Origin: Pseudogymnoascus verrucosus
Lineage: Eukaryota
DNA length: 64,000 nucleotides
Strand: one strand, 5' to 3'
Assembly: GCA_001662655.1 (NCBI GenBank)
Contig: KV460266.1
Below are positions 22,923 to 35,799 of this stretch, in pieces; within the stretch, counting starts at the first letter, position 1; the number at the start of each line of letters is the position of its first letter. The position numbers and the translations under genes are program-made. Under the pieces are notes generated by a model. The model saw nothing but the letters and a program-made list of their open reading frames with translations, made no database searches and had not been told where the DNA came from.

Positions 22923-24808
22923 CTAAATTTCTTTCCTCGCCTGAAGGTTTTTCTTTACCATGCTCCGCCCAGTCTTAGGATCCGTCCCCATAGGCCTCTC
23001 GAACACCACAGCCGTAGAAGTTTCAGTACCAGCCTCGGAGGTTTCTACCCGGGATTCAACAGCGTCCATCCACCAATTGTGGTTACTTAAGCTGTCGGAT
23101 GTAGTTTGATAAGGTCGGAACTCAACCTCCTCAAATGTAACGTTCTGTGAGCTCTTCATCCTGTCAATGGCTAAGTCACGCACATGGCTGCTGAATTTTG
23201 GGTCGCCACAGACTAATTCTTAGAACCCAACAGTAAACGTAGAACAGGAATGCTTACCGGCTATTATGGTTCGTCCTGGTGCTGCCTTTACCGCCTCATC
23301 AATCACTTCCCGAATATTCGGTTGCTCCCCATAAAACTTTTTATAATACCGATCTGAAGAGCCATCCGCATTACCTTGACGGCTAGGAAGGTAGCATATT
23401 ACTGATAGAATGCGCTTTCCCCCAAATTTAGTATGCAATCACCTGTTTAAATGCAGAATCACTCACCTTGTTAATCGGGTCCTTCTCTTTTAGTTTTTCT
23501 ATCCAACTGTCAATCCACTGCTCTTGACAGTTTTCTTCTAAAACCCAGATAAGGTCAACATTTCTCGTCATGACGCTACTCCAGGAAGTCATGTCTTTGT
23601 GATTCTTTTGCTCCACAAGATTTAGTGCATGTGGCAGCATTCCTGCAATGCCAATACCTTTGGCAAAGAGAAGGACCGCCTCATAGCCCTCGAGACGTGG
23701 ATTTATTCCATATGGTCCATCTAGAATGACACTTCTAACAGATGTTCGAGTTGTTAAAGCCTTTGTTAGGCCATGTCGAGGAGATATCAGAAATGATAAA
23801 GACGTGGGTTTTGTATCAACTGGGTCATCCCACCACGACACCACAAATGGGTGGCCCTGAAACCGCTTCCGTAGGCCCATGTCTGAGAAATAAAGGTAGT
23901 AGTAGGCGCCACCTTGAACACGCACTGGGCGTTTTGGCCATACTGTCAACGTTAGGCCGCTAACGGAACCTGTTTCAGGCCGCTTATGGGTAATGATCGT
24001 TGCCTGGTCCCTTTGCCTATACCCCTGGCCAGCATTGAGGTAAAAGACTCGAACAAGACGGGTTAATCCATTAATTGTCCACAGCAGTACGGCGACTAGT
24101 GGATAGATGTACCTAATCCACCCTCTTGATGCCAAATGGATTGACAGAGCTACCACGACTATAAGCGCAAGCAATGTGTGTAGTCCAAGGAAAAACTCAT
24201 AAGCTGCTCTTCGGATTAAATGTAAGGAGAGTACTAGCAGTAGTGCCGAGGCGGACGCAGCCTAAAGGTTGTTAGAATATAGCTATAAATAAGGCTCAAT
24301 TGCTTACTGATAGCCCTGCCACCTGTGTGGCATCAAAGGTCGAAGTTTTAACTTTGCTCATCACCAAACCAGCGTGAATTAGCCCTTGGACGACAACCAC
24401 ACGGCCAATCCAGTGATGCGCGAGGTAGTAGGAATGAACGGAGACTCCAAGCATGTCGACCATTATACTTGTGCGCCCGCCTAAGAATAAAGGTACCATA
24501 TTTATAGACGCCATCACCCCGGTTCTTGAGATCAGATCAGTAGTGAGGTGGGTAGATCGTATGCCAAGACCCATACAAAAGCCATTCATGACAATGTATG
24601 CGGACACGTATAGCCCTTGGGCGCGAGAGACGCTGCCTGAATATCGCCGCTGGATCAATAAAGGATACCATAACATTCGATAGAACCATCCCTTAAAGCA
24701 GCTGTAGATGAATAATAATAGAAAAAGGCTAGAGCGGGAGAATATCACAGCAGTTGCTGCTATGATGCCAAGCGCAATGGCATACCATTGACTGATGGTG
24801 ATAATCAT
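22923..24808 (-). CDS. Ferric-reductase/NOX-like flavocytochrome (Starship auxiliary FRE)
   Basis: TM haem ligands HHWIG..LIHAG and LHTLL..SIHL, FAD motif GHPF, NAD motifs DGPYG and AKGIGIAG, C-terminal VCG...EFRP. Introns at about 24307-24262, 23466-23415 and 23257-23213. Confidence 0.85.
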
Positions 24809-25091
24809 TGTGAAAAAAGTAAGTGAGGTTTGTTGAAGAGAGAATCAAGATGGCTTGGGAATGATGGAGATATAAAGGGACGTATAATCATGATTGGGGC
24901 GGTCTGCCATATGGCCTCCCAAGCTTGGGTTAAGCGCCGTCGTCTATATTTACTCGCTGGTGCTAAAACCACCACTCCACTAAAGAGCATTCACTACTCG
25001 GCGGTTAACTGCGCGCCTACCTAGCGCTAGAAACCCATGTTGGGGTTAAATCTCGAGTTGGTATATATAATTCACGAACTTACAATCTAGC

Positions 25092-25176
25092 AACAGTAAC
25101 TCTATAACAGTAACTCTATAACAGTACTCGACGGAACAGTAACTCGACGGAACAGTAATTCGACGCAACAGTAATT
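25092..25176. repeat. Short tandem AACAGTAACTC(TAT/GACG) repeats in the FRE/MADS divergent promoter
   Basis: About 6 copies of AACAGTAA at 14-16 bp spacing, directly upstream of ATG 25202. Confidence 0.8.
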
Positions 25177-25201
25177 AGACGCAACTCAACGCAACAGCAC
25201 C

Positions 25202-25916
25202 ATGTCGTCTCGATCTGGGCGAGAGATAAGACAGCTGATGACAAGGAAGGACGGGCTCATGAAGAAGGCTTGCGACCTTCGAAGGTTGTGCCTCGACGTA
25301 AGAATTGCGATTATCCTTGAATACGACGGAAAAGTCGACACCTTTAGAACGGAAGACGGATTTCTCTCCAGTCTTAATATCCAAGTGCGTCTGCCATATA
25401 ATAGAGTTACTAATCTAACGTCAATAGAATGCCAACGAATTCAGGCCCAAAGACTTCATGACTGTTCGGGAGGCAGAGGTACTGGAGGAGTCTGAAAGAG
25501 AGAGACGGAGCACTTCTTCTGAGCTAGAACTTTTAGAAGACGACTTGTTCGTACCTGAGACTTGCCAAAACTTAGACTTAGGGTCTATCTACGAAGCTGG
25601 ATCGTCGCCGCCCTTCGCCGATCAAGAATCAATTAGTGCGGAAACGCAGCCACAGGCGTCTCTCATTAACGACGTTGATGGGAGTTTGCTTGACCTTCAG
25701 TGGGGAAACATGGCTCAGGATCAAGGCGAACAGTCTCGTATATGGCAATTAGCTGGGATGCCCCGTCATAACAATACTAAATATGGTAACGGCAAAACAA
25801 ACAATCCAGGACGAATTCAGAAGGTTCAAATGGGTACTGATCAGACTCTAAAACGGAGAATGATTGCACGGCAGCAAGCAATGTCAGGTGGGAAGGAGGG
25901 ATTGCTAAATAGGTAG
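25202..25916 (+). CDS. Divergent MADS-box (SRF-type) transcription-factor-like protein
   Basis: RQLMTRKDGLMKKACDLRRLCLDVRIAIILEYDGKVDTF resembles the MADS consensus KRK.GL.KKA.EL..LC...V.lI. Intron 25385-25427 joins the two ORFs. Confidence 0.7.
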
Positions 25917-26527
25917 TTGCGTCGCTAGGAGTTAATTTGGCGAATGGATTGCTTGTTGTTTGCTTCGAAGTAACGATCTTCTTCCCGTAGACAGGGCTGG
26001 GCCCGGTTAACTGGTGTGGGTTAACTGGCGTGGGGTCTATCGTCTGTGCTGGATATTTCCCGTAATCTCCACGTGATATGCCAGAGACACCATGCCGCAG
26101 TTCAGCCTCGCACCAGCCACAGTCCTTTGTGGGTCGTTAGTTTAATTCGAGGTACGTTTTGTATCAGCCCTAAGGCTGACGACGATCTCCCGCATAGTGC
26201 GGGTTTTGGATGGTGGAGCCTCTCCACAAATCAGGCATGAGGGCAAACCCGATATTATAATGGGATGGCTTTAGACCATAAAACATGACTTATGCAAAGA
26301 ATATGAGAGATATATATCCGTGCGTAGAATTTTAGATGATTAAAGTCAAAGTACCCATAATTTTCGGCTTCTCGCTACGCAGGAAGGGATGTTAGTATAC
26401 TATGCTCCCTTCAAGCTGCTTCTTTCTCTCGCTGAGCTGCCTCTTGCTCTCCTTGAGCCTTCTGAGCTGCCTCTTGCTCTCCCTGAGCTTTATGAGCTGT
26501 CTCTATAATTCCTCGTCTTCGGAAATT

Positions 26528-29500
26528 TCAGGAATCATCTTCTGGAGGATCCCTTACTCGCTTTTTCTTACGAACTGTGGGTTCCTCTGCGTCCCCGTCA
26601 TAATTCTCTTGTGGTAGGTCATTCGTTCTCAGCTCATTGAGTGATCGCTTCGTACTTTGCTCCTTGTCTTCTCTCCCTCCACTATAATTCCAAGCCGCTA
26701 CACCACCTCCCTTCTTCATCTCACCAAACGATCTTTTCTGCACCATAGGCTTATACTCGCTTAGAAAAAGCGCCCTCTTTTCTTGTTCCCTCTCTAGTTT
26801 TTTTGCCTTCCGGGCCGAACGCTTCAACGCCCGCTTATCCTCAGTTGTCAAGTCTTCTGCACCGCTGCCGTCTGGCTCGAATTCTGTTGCAGTTCGTACC
26901 GTTGCTTTATCTTTAGCCACTGGATCCGATTGCTTGGGTTGGGGCTCAAAGGTTGTCCTAGCTGGTTGGTCGCCCGCTTCTGTCCGAGCCTGGTTGCCTT
27001 CCGGATTCTCAGCGTTGCCTTCAGTTGTGTAGCTGTCTTGCGCCGTGTGGTTCTCCGGAAGAGCAGGTTTTTCGGCTCGTTCCTGTATGTTAGGTGGGTG
27101 AGCTTGGTGATTTTCTTGGCCCTTATTAAGTAGATCCGTTTGTTTTCTAGCAGATGGTTGCTGCTCTTGGAGCTTGGAATTTCTCGCTGCTTCTCTCTCT
27201 CGCTGAGCTTTCTGAGATGCCTCTTGCTCTTTCTGAGCCGTTTGAGCTGCCTCCTGCTCCTTCTGCGCTACTCTCTTAATCTCGTCCTGTACTAGACTTA
27301 CAATCTCATTCTCAGTTGGGACAAACGTATCTAGAAACGTCTCTGGCCACTGGTGTTCTTGTATGAAAAGCTCAGCACGAATTCTCAACTGTTTATACTC
27401 ATTCTGGGTGTTGTTGTTATTGAGGTCAGCCTTTAGCATGTCTAAGGCAGTTTGAACGTCCTTTACCATGCCACAGAAAGCGTCAATTTGGGTGTCGTCT
27501 AACGCATAGGTTGCTGGGTCAATTTTGTTTGTATCGCAGTATTCATCGACCTTGCCTGCTAAAATCTTTAGCTCTTCATATGCCTTGCTAGTATCTAGCC
27601 CTTTTAATTTAGCCTGGACAAGGGTGAATAGAGGTCCATCGCGACCACCCATTCTAGACCGAATCTCAAAAACCTGATCTGGTAGCTTTTTCTTTTCGGA
27701 TTGGCCGTCTACACCATCTCCAGGCTGCTCGATATGAACTTTATCGTTTATACCTGACATAAGTGAATCAGTGTCAGAATCTTCTTCCCCCTCTAGTGAA
27801 AAATCTGATAGTGTATAATCGTACACTCCTTCATTAGGAACATATACTAAGCAAGCAGTCTTGAGTTTTTCCTCTGCTAACTTATACTTTTGGTTAAGAT
27901 CCTTCTTTTGCTCTTTGCTGATCCTTCCATTTTGGCTCCTTTTTAACTCTTTCTCCTCCCTTTTTTGGTCTGCTGCCATAACCTCTGTAAATTCCCCTAG
28001 GACAATAAAGTTAATAACGTAGTTAATATCATCTAAGCTAGTAAGAATTCTAGTCTCAATAGACTTATCATGTCTACCTGCCTTTATAGCCTTCATATAA
28101 TTGCGGTGGTAGTGTTGGAGTTGAGAGGCTTTATAGTATGGTTCTGCTAGTAATCTCTGTAGTTCACGATTTTGAGTTACCATTAACTTAAAGTCGACTT
28201 GGTTGTTTAGCTTTGGCTCCACTAAGCTGTGTGTATGGACTTGTCCAAAGAATTCATTTCGATCTGCGTTAAGATTTGTTGAAGTAATGGCAATGTTGAT
28301 CTCCTGTAGTCTAGCCCCTTGCTCGTTGAACTGTAAACGTAATTCTCTAGTAGACTTTGTAGGACCATTAAGAAGCTGCTCAGGAGCTGTCTTAAATGCT
28401 CTAATGTCTTTCTGTCTCTCCATTTCTTCTGTATTAAGTGTTTGGAGTATTTTGGCTTGAGTTTTTTGGCAGCTTACTGCAGCTCCATATATGTTTATCC
28501 AGAACTTGCGATCCTCTTCATTGCATTTCTCAATTTCAGATAAGTGAGATTTATCAAAGACATGTGGAATAGGCAAATTAAGCTTGTAATTTCTTGCTGC
28601 TTCTTGCTCTTGCTGAGCTTTCTGAGCTGCTTCTTCCTGAGCCCTCCGAGCTTTCTGAGCTGCGTCTTGCTGAGCTTTCTGAGCTGCATCTTGCTGAGCT
28701 ATCTGGGCTGCTTCTTGCTCTCGCTGAGCTGTCTGAGCTGCTTCTTGCTGAGCCCTCTGAGCTGCCTCTTGCAGAGCTATCTGGGCTGCTTCTTGCTCTC
28801 GCTGAGCTGTCTGAGCTGCCTCTTGCTGAGCTATCTGGGCCGCTTCTTGCTGAGCTGCTTCTTGCTGAGCCCTCTGAGCCGCCTCTTGCAGAGCTATCTG
28901 GGATGCTTCTTGCTGTCGCTGAGCTGTCTGACCTGCCTCTTGCTGAGCCGTCTGAGCTGCTTCTTGCTCTTGCTGAGCTTTCTGGGCTGCCTCTTGCTCT
29001 TGCTGAGCTTTCTGGGCTGCCTCTTGCTCCTGTTGAGCCCTTTGAGCTACCACTTGCTCTTTCTGTCTTGTCTCTAGCTTTTTTACAGCCTCATCCTCAC
29101 GATCCGATGCAGCAAACAGTTCCGCTTCGCCCTGGATTTGAGAGGTGGTTGCAGGCTCAGACTCGAATGTTTCATCGAGGACTTGCTGCGCACGAACTGG
29201 AATCCTCGGACTGTCATTCCCAAGTCGTTTCGCCATAAGCTCACTGCCTTTATCCATCCAAAGTATTCTATGTTGCTCACGTACAAAAACAAATTTCCAT
29301 CCTTCTTTTCGGTGAATCATCATCAATCTATCTTTTGGCTTGATAATGTACGGTTTTGAAATAGAGGAGCCACCAAACATTATCCAATTATTTTTGCGTT
29401 TTAATAAGTATTCGTCTAGCAAAGCGGCATTGCGGATCGTCATTGACCTCAACTGGTTTCCATTGTACTCAAATATGGATATCGATCTTTTTATAGCGAC

Positions 29501-32500
29501 TTCGCGCCCTGGCACGACAGGCTCTAGCTCCGCATCTGTCTGATGATAGAGAGAGGTTTCGACGAGAGATGGCGATGGCGACGCCCCATGACTATTAATA
29601 GCTGCGCTCTCGAAAGGCTGCATAACTGAATTGTTTATAACGACCGCAAGCCTGTTCTCATTTCTTGTGCCTGAAATGCTCTGATCTTGTTGAGAGATGT
29701 TTCTGTTAAGCAACGAGCGCCTCCGTTGGAAGCGCTTCTGCATTGTATGCACTATTTTGGGCACCTTGTGATGAATGCGGGCTGTGTTACCCGCATTCAG
29801 TAGTATTAGTGCTTCGGGCTGATTAAAGATGTTGCTAAAGTCGAGTGCGCTTTGTGGAATCGGGGAGCGAGCTCTCTCCCGGTTTGGTAATAGCCCACTT
29901 AGAACGCTAACCGGCCTATCTAGCATCTCGATATCTGCAGAGAGACTGGGAAGAATAAGCCGTGAGTTATTAATTGAGCTCTCTTCTTGAGTAGGTTGAC
30001 TTTCTGCTCTCATGGGTGCTTGGGGCTGATTGAAGTTGTTGCTAAAGTCCGGTGCGCCCTGTGGAATCGGAGAGCGAGCCCTCTCCCGGTTTGGTAATAG
30101 CTCACTTGCAACCCTAAGCGGTCCATCTAACCCAATGTCTGTAACTGAGGTACTTGAAAGAATGAGCTGAGAATTATTCTGAGAAGGTTCACCCTCTGTT
30201 ATCCTGAGTACTCTGGGCTGATTGATGCTGTTGATAAAGTCTGGTGCGCCTTGTAGAATTGGAGAGCGAGCCCTCTCCCGGTCTGGTAATAGCCCACTAA
30301 CGACCCTAAACGGCCCATCTAACCCAATTTCTGTAACTGAGGGGCTTGGAGGCTGAGAACTATTCTGAGAAGGTTCACCTTCTGTTATCATGAGTACTTC
30401 GGACTGATTAACGCTAACCAGCCTATCTAACTTCTCGATTTCTGTAGGTTGAGTAGGTGGGCCTTCTGGTGCGCCCTGTAGAATTGGAGAGCGAGCCCTC
30501 ACCCGGTTTGGTAATAGCCTATTTGAAAGAATAGGCTGAGAATTATCCTGAGAGGGGCTTTGAAAAATAAGCCGAGAATTATTTTGAGAGGGTTGACCTT
30601 CTGTTATCATGAGTGCTTGAGACTCATTAATGCTGTTCCTAAAGCCGTCGCTGCGAGCATCCACTAGTAGGCCCTGTGATATCGGAGAGCGAGGCCTCTC
30701 ACGGTTTGGCAATAGCCCACTAGTTCTATAGCTGTAAAGCCGAGAATTATGCTTTAAACTCTCTCCTAGAGCAAGTTGGCTATTTTCTGTCATGATATGA
30801 TCGCCATCCCGATCTGTTCCAACAACAGAGGCCGGTTGGGAGATTTTGATGAGAGCGCCGCTCATCATTGGCACCTCAGCTTCGTCCTCTACTCCAGATG
30901 CACCTAAATATTGGTATTCAGCGTTCAGACGCTGGTGCGATAAATCTCCCTGAATAGCGTTAAGCGGAATCGGACTTCCTAGGGCATCACCAAGAGTGTT
31001 GTCCGGCTGGGATACTGGTTTTTGCTGGAATATCTCCGGATGTATCTCGGGCAATTTTTTGTGGGTAACTTCAACGCTTGACTGCGGTGGAGAGCGTTGT
31101 CTGGAAGTTGCTTCATCTTCTAATCCTTCTTCGTTATTGAAGTAAGGTAATAAGTCGTCATCGTTGATGGTCTGAAGGCCAGCCGATTCCTCAACAGCGT
31201 CGTCGTCATCGCTAGAGACCCTTGAACTAGTGATCGACTCACTTAGAGTGTCGTCGTCGCTTATAAAGATAGAGTGCTTTAGTGGTTTCTCGTTAGGGCG
31301 GACTGATATGCTAGTTGGCCCAAAGAAGCTGAGCATGAAGTCTCTAAGCACATATGTCGAAGTTGGTAGTTCATTATAGCTGCGAGTCAAGGTCTTAGCT
31401 AGCGTAGGCAAGTAAAGCTCGTTCTTGTATCGCATGTATGAGCTGTAGAATGGTCGTCCGCATCGCCGGTCCCGTATTTCGCCATCGGCTGATGATTCTG
31501 TGGCAGCGCGATGGACACTTACACTATGGGTGCATTTTGCACTAATTTCAGTGTTCACCTTTGATTTGTCAATTCCTAGGTGGGCAGTAAACTGAGAAAA
31601 TCTCCGCCTGGTGGCAGAGTTTCTAACGCAGCAACTTTCCAATTTGTTCTTTCTTGAGTCTAGTCGCGGAGCATTACCACTAAGACCAGGGAAATGTCGC
31701 AGAATAAAGAGCCAAATTTGCTGATAAGTGAGTTCCCACCGAACTGATGACCTGAGATTGTGTAATGAGAGGAACTGGCCCTCGTTAATCTCTATTCTCA
31801 TGTCTCTAGGTGGCGTCCATTCCTCTCGAAGTGCTTGGCGGATGGTGGTTCGTGGCCCTTTATCAAAAAGAAAAGTATCTTTCAAGATCTTCACCCCTAT
31901 TTCAATGAGCTTTTGGTTCTCATGTAGTGTTTTGATCGTTGGTATAATGACAGTAAGGTTCAGCAACGTCCTTGTGATTGCTCGCTTGTCATTTTCCGGC
32001 ACGCTTTGGAATATCGTACCATACCGTATAGCGTGGATGATAGATTTCCGATCAGCCGTGCTGGCTGCAGGGGCGCGCAGCTGCAGAAACTGAACAGTCT
32101 CAGGGCATACGGCTCTTTTGAGGGCATCTTTCCCTTGAGTTATTTTATCCCAGACAGACTTGATATGTCGGAGATAGTGGATTATTTCCTTCACTTAAGT
32201 TAGCTTCTAGTAGCAGAAGGTAATGAGCCCTACTTGCCTCGTCACAGTGAAGAGCGAGGAGATCCGAAATATTCCCTAACTCAAGTCCTTTCCACAAGCC
32301 TGGGAAAACACGAAGCTCGTTAAAGGCGTCTGATATTTTTTTGCGGCCTAGAAGGCTCTTAAGGCTAGTCTGTTTGCGAGACGAGAGGCGTGCTTGCCAA
32401 ATTTGAATATACTTTTCCAACCCGAAAATTTTGGCTTCCACAATCTTAAGGTAGATTTCGCCATCTGAGAAGCTCTGATGACCAATGTGCTCTTGCTCTA

Positions 32501-32609
32501 AGCGGAGCACGCCCACTAATTCATCAACAATTTCATGGTGAAGATCTAGCGATTCAATTTCAGCTCTAGCCGCAAGAAAGAAAGAGTCGGAAAACTTCGT
32601 AGAAGCCAT
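26528..32609 (-). CDS. DUF3723 protein (Starship auxiliary gene) with a long repetitive C-terminus
   Basis: FSDGEIYLKI, W.ARLS, FPGLW.GL.LG, HCDE|EIIHYLRHIKSVW, TVQFLQLRAP.S..DR and IPTIKTLHENQK are DUF3723 motifs. Intron at about 32235-32192. LLPNRERARSPI occurs five times, followed by (QEAAQ)n repeats. Confidence 0.88.
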
Positions 32610-32874
32610 GCTTGACTAGTTTAGTAAAGGCAAGCGAGAGTCACCATTGACATATGCTATGGGGCAGCTATTCCGTAGAATAACATGGTCAAAATGAGCT
32701 AGAATGTAATGGTGACGTGCAGGTGGACATATATATTAGTACCATGGTACTTTTGGAAAACGACAAACAGAATACGGGGCTCAGGACGCCACCACTGCAA
32801 ATTGGATTGGATCGGATTAATTTATAGGCTGTTCCAGCGCCCTAGTGGCAGCTACGCCGAGTACATCTATAAAT

Positions 32875-33405
32875 ACACCGCCACTAAGGAGTGCAGTACT
32901 GTCTTTGCAGTACTGCATGACAAGAAACAGGATACAGGGTTCAGGACCGCCACTAAGAAGTGCAGTACTGTCTTTGCAGTACTGCAAGACAAGAAACAGG
33001 ATACGGTCAGGACCGCCACTAAAGAGCAGTACTGTCTTTGCAGTACTGCATGACAAGAAACAGGATACAGGGTTCAGGACCGCCACTAAAGAGCAGTACT
33101 GTCTTTGCAGTACTGCAAGACAAGAACCAGGATACAGGGTTCAGGACCGCCACTAAGAAGTGCAGTACTGTCTTTGCAGTACTGCAAGACAAGAAACAGG
33201 ATACAGGGTTCAGGACCGCCACTAAGGAGTGCAGTACTGTCTTTGCAGTACTGCAGGACAAGAAACGGGATACAGGGTTCAGGACCGCCACTAAGGAGTG
33301 CAGTACTGTCTTTGCAGTACTGCAAGACAAGAAACAGGATACGGTCAGGACAAAGAGTGCAGTACTGTCTTTGCAGTGCTGCAAGACAAGAAACAGGTAC
33401 GGGTC
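32875..33405. repeat. Minisatellite, ~8 units of 66-69 bp, each with a double TGCAGTACTG palindrome
   Basis: Unit GGACCGCCACTAAGGAGTGCAGTACTGTCTTTGCAGTACTGCAAGACAAGAAACAGGATACAGGGTTCA starts at 32944, 33010, 33077, 33144, 33213, 33282 and 33348. Confidence 0.95.
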
Positions 33406-33509
33406 AGATCCCCGCGAAAGAAGAAGAGGCTTGTAGAGCATCAGTAATGGCCTTGCTAGTGGCAATGAGTTTGTTATCGTTTGTTTGTAATATGGCTTCC
33501 ATAGGGCAC

Positions 33510-33710
33510 AGTGGCCAGGGGTGGAGCTCGTTGGCCAGAGTTTCCAAATAAGGGCAAGTGGCACTTTAAGCGCTATGGTTGCGGGGCATCGGCGAGTAAA
33601 CGTGGATGTTGAGGTGGCCAGAGTTTCCAAACAAGGACAGGTACGGCTTTAAGCGCAGCGAGTAAACGTGGATGCAGACCCCAACAGATGCGATTACCAC
33701 TTCACGAATT
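33510..33710 (+). repeat. Family B element copy (left of the F-box gene)
   Basis: GGGGTGGAGCTCGTTGGCCAGAGTTTCCAAATAAGGGCAAGT...GAGTAAACGTGGATGTTGAGGTGGCCAGAGTTTCCAAA...CTTCACGAAT. Confidence 0.9.
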
Positions 33711-33830
33711 TCGAACAATAGCAGAAAAAAGTGTCGAAAAAGTTGAGTCGTAGAGAACATGCGTAGTTAAGATGAAATTCTGAGCAGCGCTGCAGCGTGC
33801 TATTGCTATTTAGCTGCCATGTATGGAATA

Positions 33831-34990
33831 TCAACACGAAGTGCCAGTGGAGAGCTGCGAGCAGCCCTCGCCAACACCCAGCCGCCATCCCTCTTTCAAC
33901 CAGAGAAGACAGCCGCAATCAGCCGCTCGGCAAGGCGTAGATTGTGGCACATCCAGCATACGGCAAAGCATGCTTGCCGACAGTGAAGTCTTCCTATATG
34001 GGAGTTTCGACTTAAGGATTTCAACGTCGTGAAAGCCAATAGAACGAATGGATTTCTTGTTGGTCTCGAAAAAATCCTTGATGACCTTTTCAGGAGCCAC
34101 CACTCGACACATGTCAAGCTGATGCAGATCAAATGCGCAGTGAGACAGCAGTTCCAGTACACGGTCGTCAACTCCACGCACGCGTAGGACCTTGATGTTC
34201 ACCAGCAGCTGTCTTAGAGACTCTGATAGAGGGCCTAGATTAGGTTCTTTCCAGAAGAATGGAAGCTTAAAGTACAACAAGCTAACGGTATGGATGACAA
34301 CGCCTGCACTTCTGGCAGCCTGAATGGCGCTCGAAACGACTTGTAGATGGTGCTTGTAAAACTCTTCTTTTATGATAATGTCTGCGGTCAACAGGCAGTC
34401 GTCATCTTCCAGCACCTCAAAGAAGGACAATCTCACCTCCTGCAACAGAGGAAGTGCACAGAAGATAGATGATAGAATTAGGTCAGCACCCTCATCGATA
34501 ATGCTGCGCTGCTCACTACAAATGTCGTGGGCGGTTTTGTATATCGCCATATATGAATGGAATTCATCTGCTTCATACCCCGCGTCGTACTTATCTTTCG
34601 CTATATCCACGTAGCTGTCGGGAGTTAAAATATTGGACCTAAAATGGTCAAAATCTAGTATTTCTACTCGATTTCAAGAGTAGCATCAGCGTAAACTCAG
34701 CGAGCGACTGGAGACGTACCAGTCTTCAACAGTTCTGTGAATTCGTATGTAAAGGAGGCAATATGTTCGCAAACATTTGACTTCAAGAGGTCTTTGAGTC
34801 CCTCAATCCCAGCCTGAGAGAACTCAAACTTCACGTGGCGAAAGAGGATCGACAGAGAGGCTTGTCTGAGCCGTTTGCTGGCGCAGGAAAGATCTTTAAT
34901 ATCCCAGAGTGGAAGGTAGTCGACAACGGCGTGGAGAATCTCCGTTGGGAGCGTCTCAAGACGCGTTAATTCGGGAGTGTCAATGCTCAT
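33831..34990 (-). CDS. F-box protein with an LRR-like C-terminus
   Basis: RLETLPTEILHAVVDYLPLWDIKDLSCASKRLRQ (F-box); an intron at about 34718-34660 joins two ORFs. Confidence 0.8.
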
Positions 34991-35319
34991 TGTGGAAATG
35001 CTGGAGGGCCGTCAATAAGTCGACTGCGGTAAGGCAGATAAGGCTGGAGGAGAAGGAGATTCGAGGGTAATTTATAATGGCGAGGCGACCTTGGAGCATA
35101 CTCCTCATGCCGTACCCCAAAAGAAATCCCACGACTGCGTATGTACAGTACAGTACTCCAAACGCGAAAGAGGTGACATGATGGCGTATTTCACACTGGG
35201 AACGCTAAAGGAAAATTAACGCGGTTACCTGGGATCTCTATTAGCGTAAATGCAACTGGTGTTGGAGGATTACCTGTGTGTCGAGGGTTCCCATACAGGT
35301 TGAGGCTGGCGTTCAGGTG

Positions 35320-35550
35320 GGCAGGGGTGGAGCTCGTTGGCCAGAGTTTCCAGATAAGGGCAAGTCGCTTTTTGCGTTATGGCGGGGGATCGGTGAGTAA
35401 ACGTGGATGTAGAGGTGGCCAGAGTTTCCAAATAAGGACAAGTGGGCTGGCTGGTACCGCTTTAAGCGCTCTGGCTGCAGGGGATCAGCGAGTAAGCATG
35501 GATATAGAGGTGGCCACACCAAAAAATGAGAATACCGCTTCACGAATGCA
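35320..35550 (+). repeat. Family B element copy (right of the F-box gene)
   Basis: Direct repeat of 33510-33710 with the same two GGCCAGAGTTTCC cores and terminal CTTCACGAAT. Confidence 0.9.
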
Positions 35551-35555
35551 CGGGA

Positions 35556-35715
35556 ATGCCAAGCTTGGGACGCGCCAAGAATCCAAGCTTGGGAGGCAAG
35601 GCTTATAAGCCTACCGCAAAGAGAGGGGCTTGTGTGATGACCTCCTGAGTGTCCAAGCTTGGATTCTGGGCATGTCCCAAGCTTGGGTTCTTGGCGTGTC
35701 CTAAGCTTGGATGTC
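35556..35715. repeat. CCAAGCTTGG palindrome units in both orientations
   Basis: Two inverted units (35558-35595) and three direct units (35647-35712), homologous to 18469-18655. Confidence 0.85.
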
Positions 35716-35799
35716 CTTCTCATATCCAACAATTTCCTTTCTAGACGCTGTAATTCCTTTGCAAGCGCTTCATAGTCCTGACCTGTCCATATTCCGAAG

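Noticed and set aside
28544..29238. Leu/Ser-rich plus-strand ORFs
   Set aside because: Antisense shadows of the QEAAQ repeat in DUF3723.
32875..33405. CRISPR-like array
   Set aside because: Units are repeated in full with no unique spacers, there are no cas genes and the context is eukaryotic.
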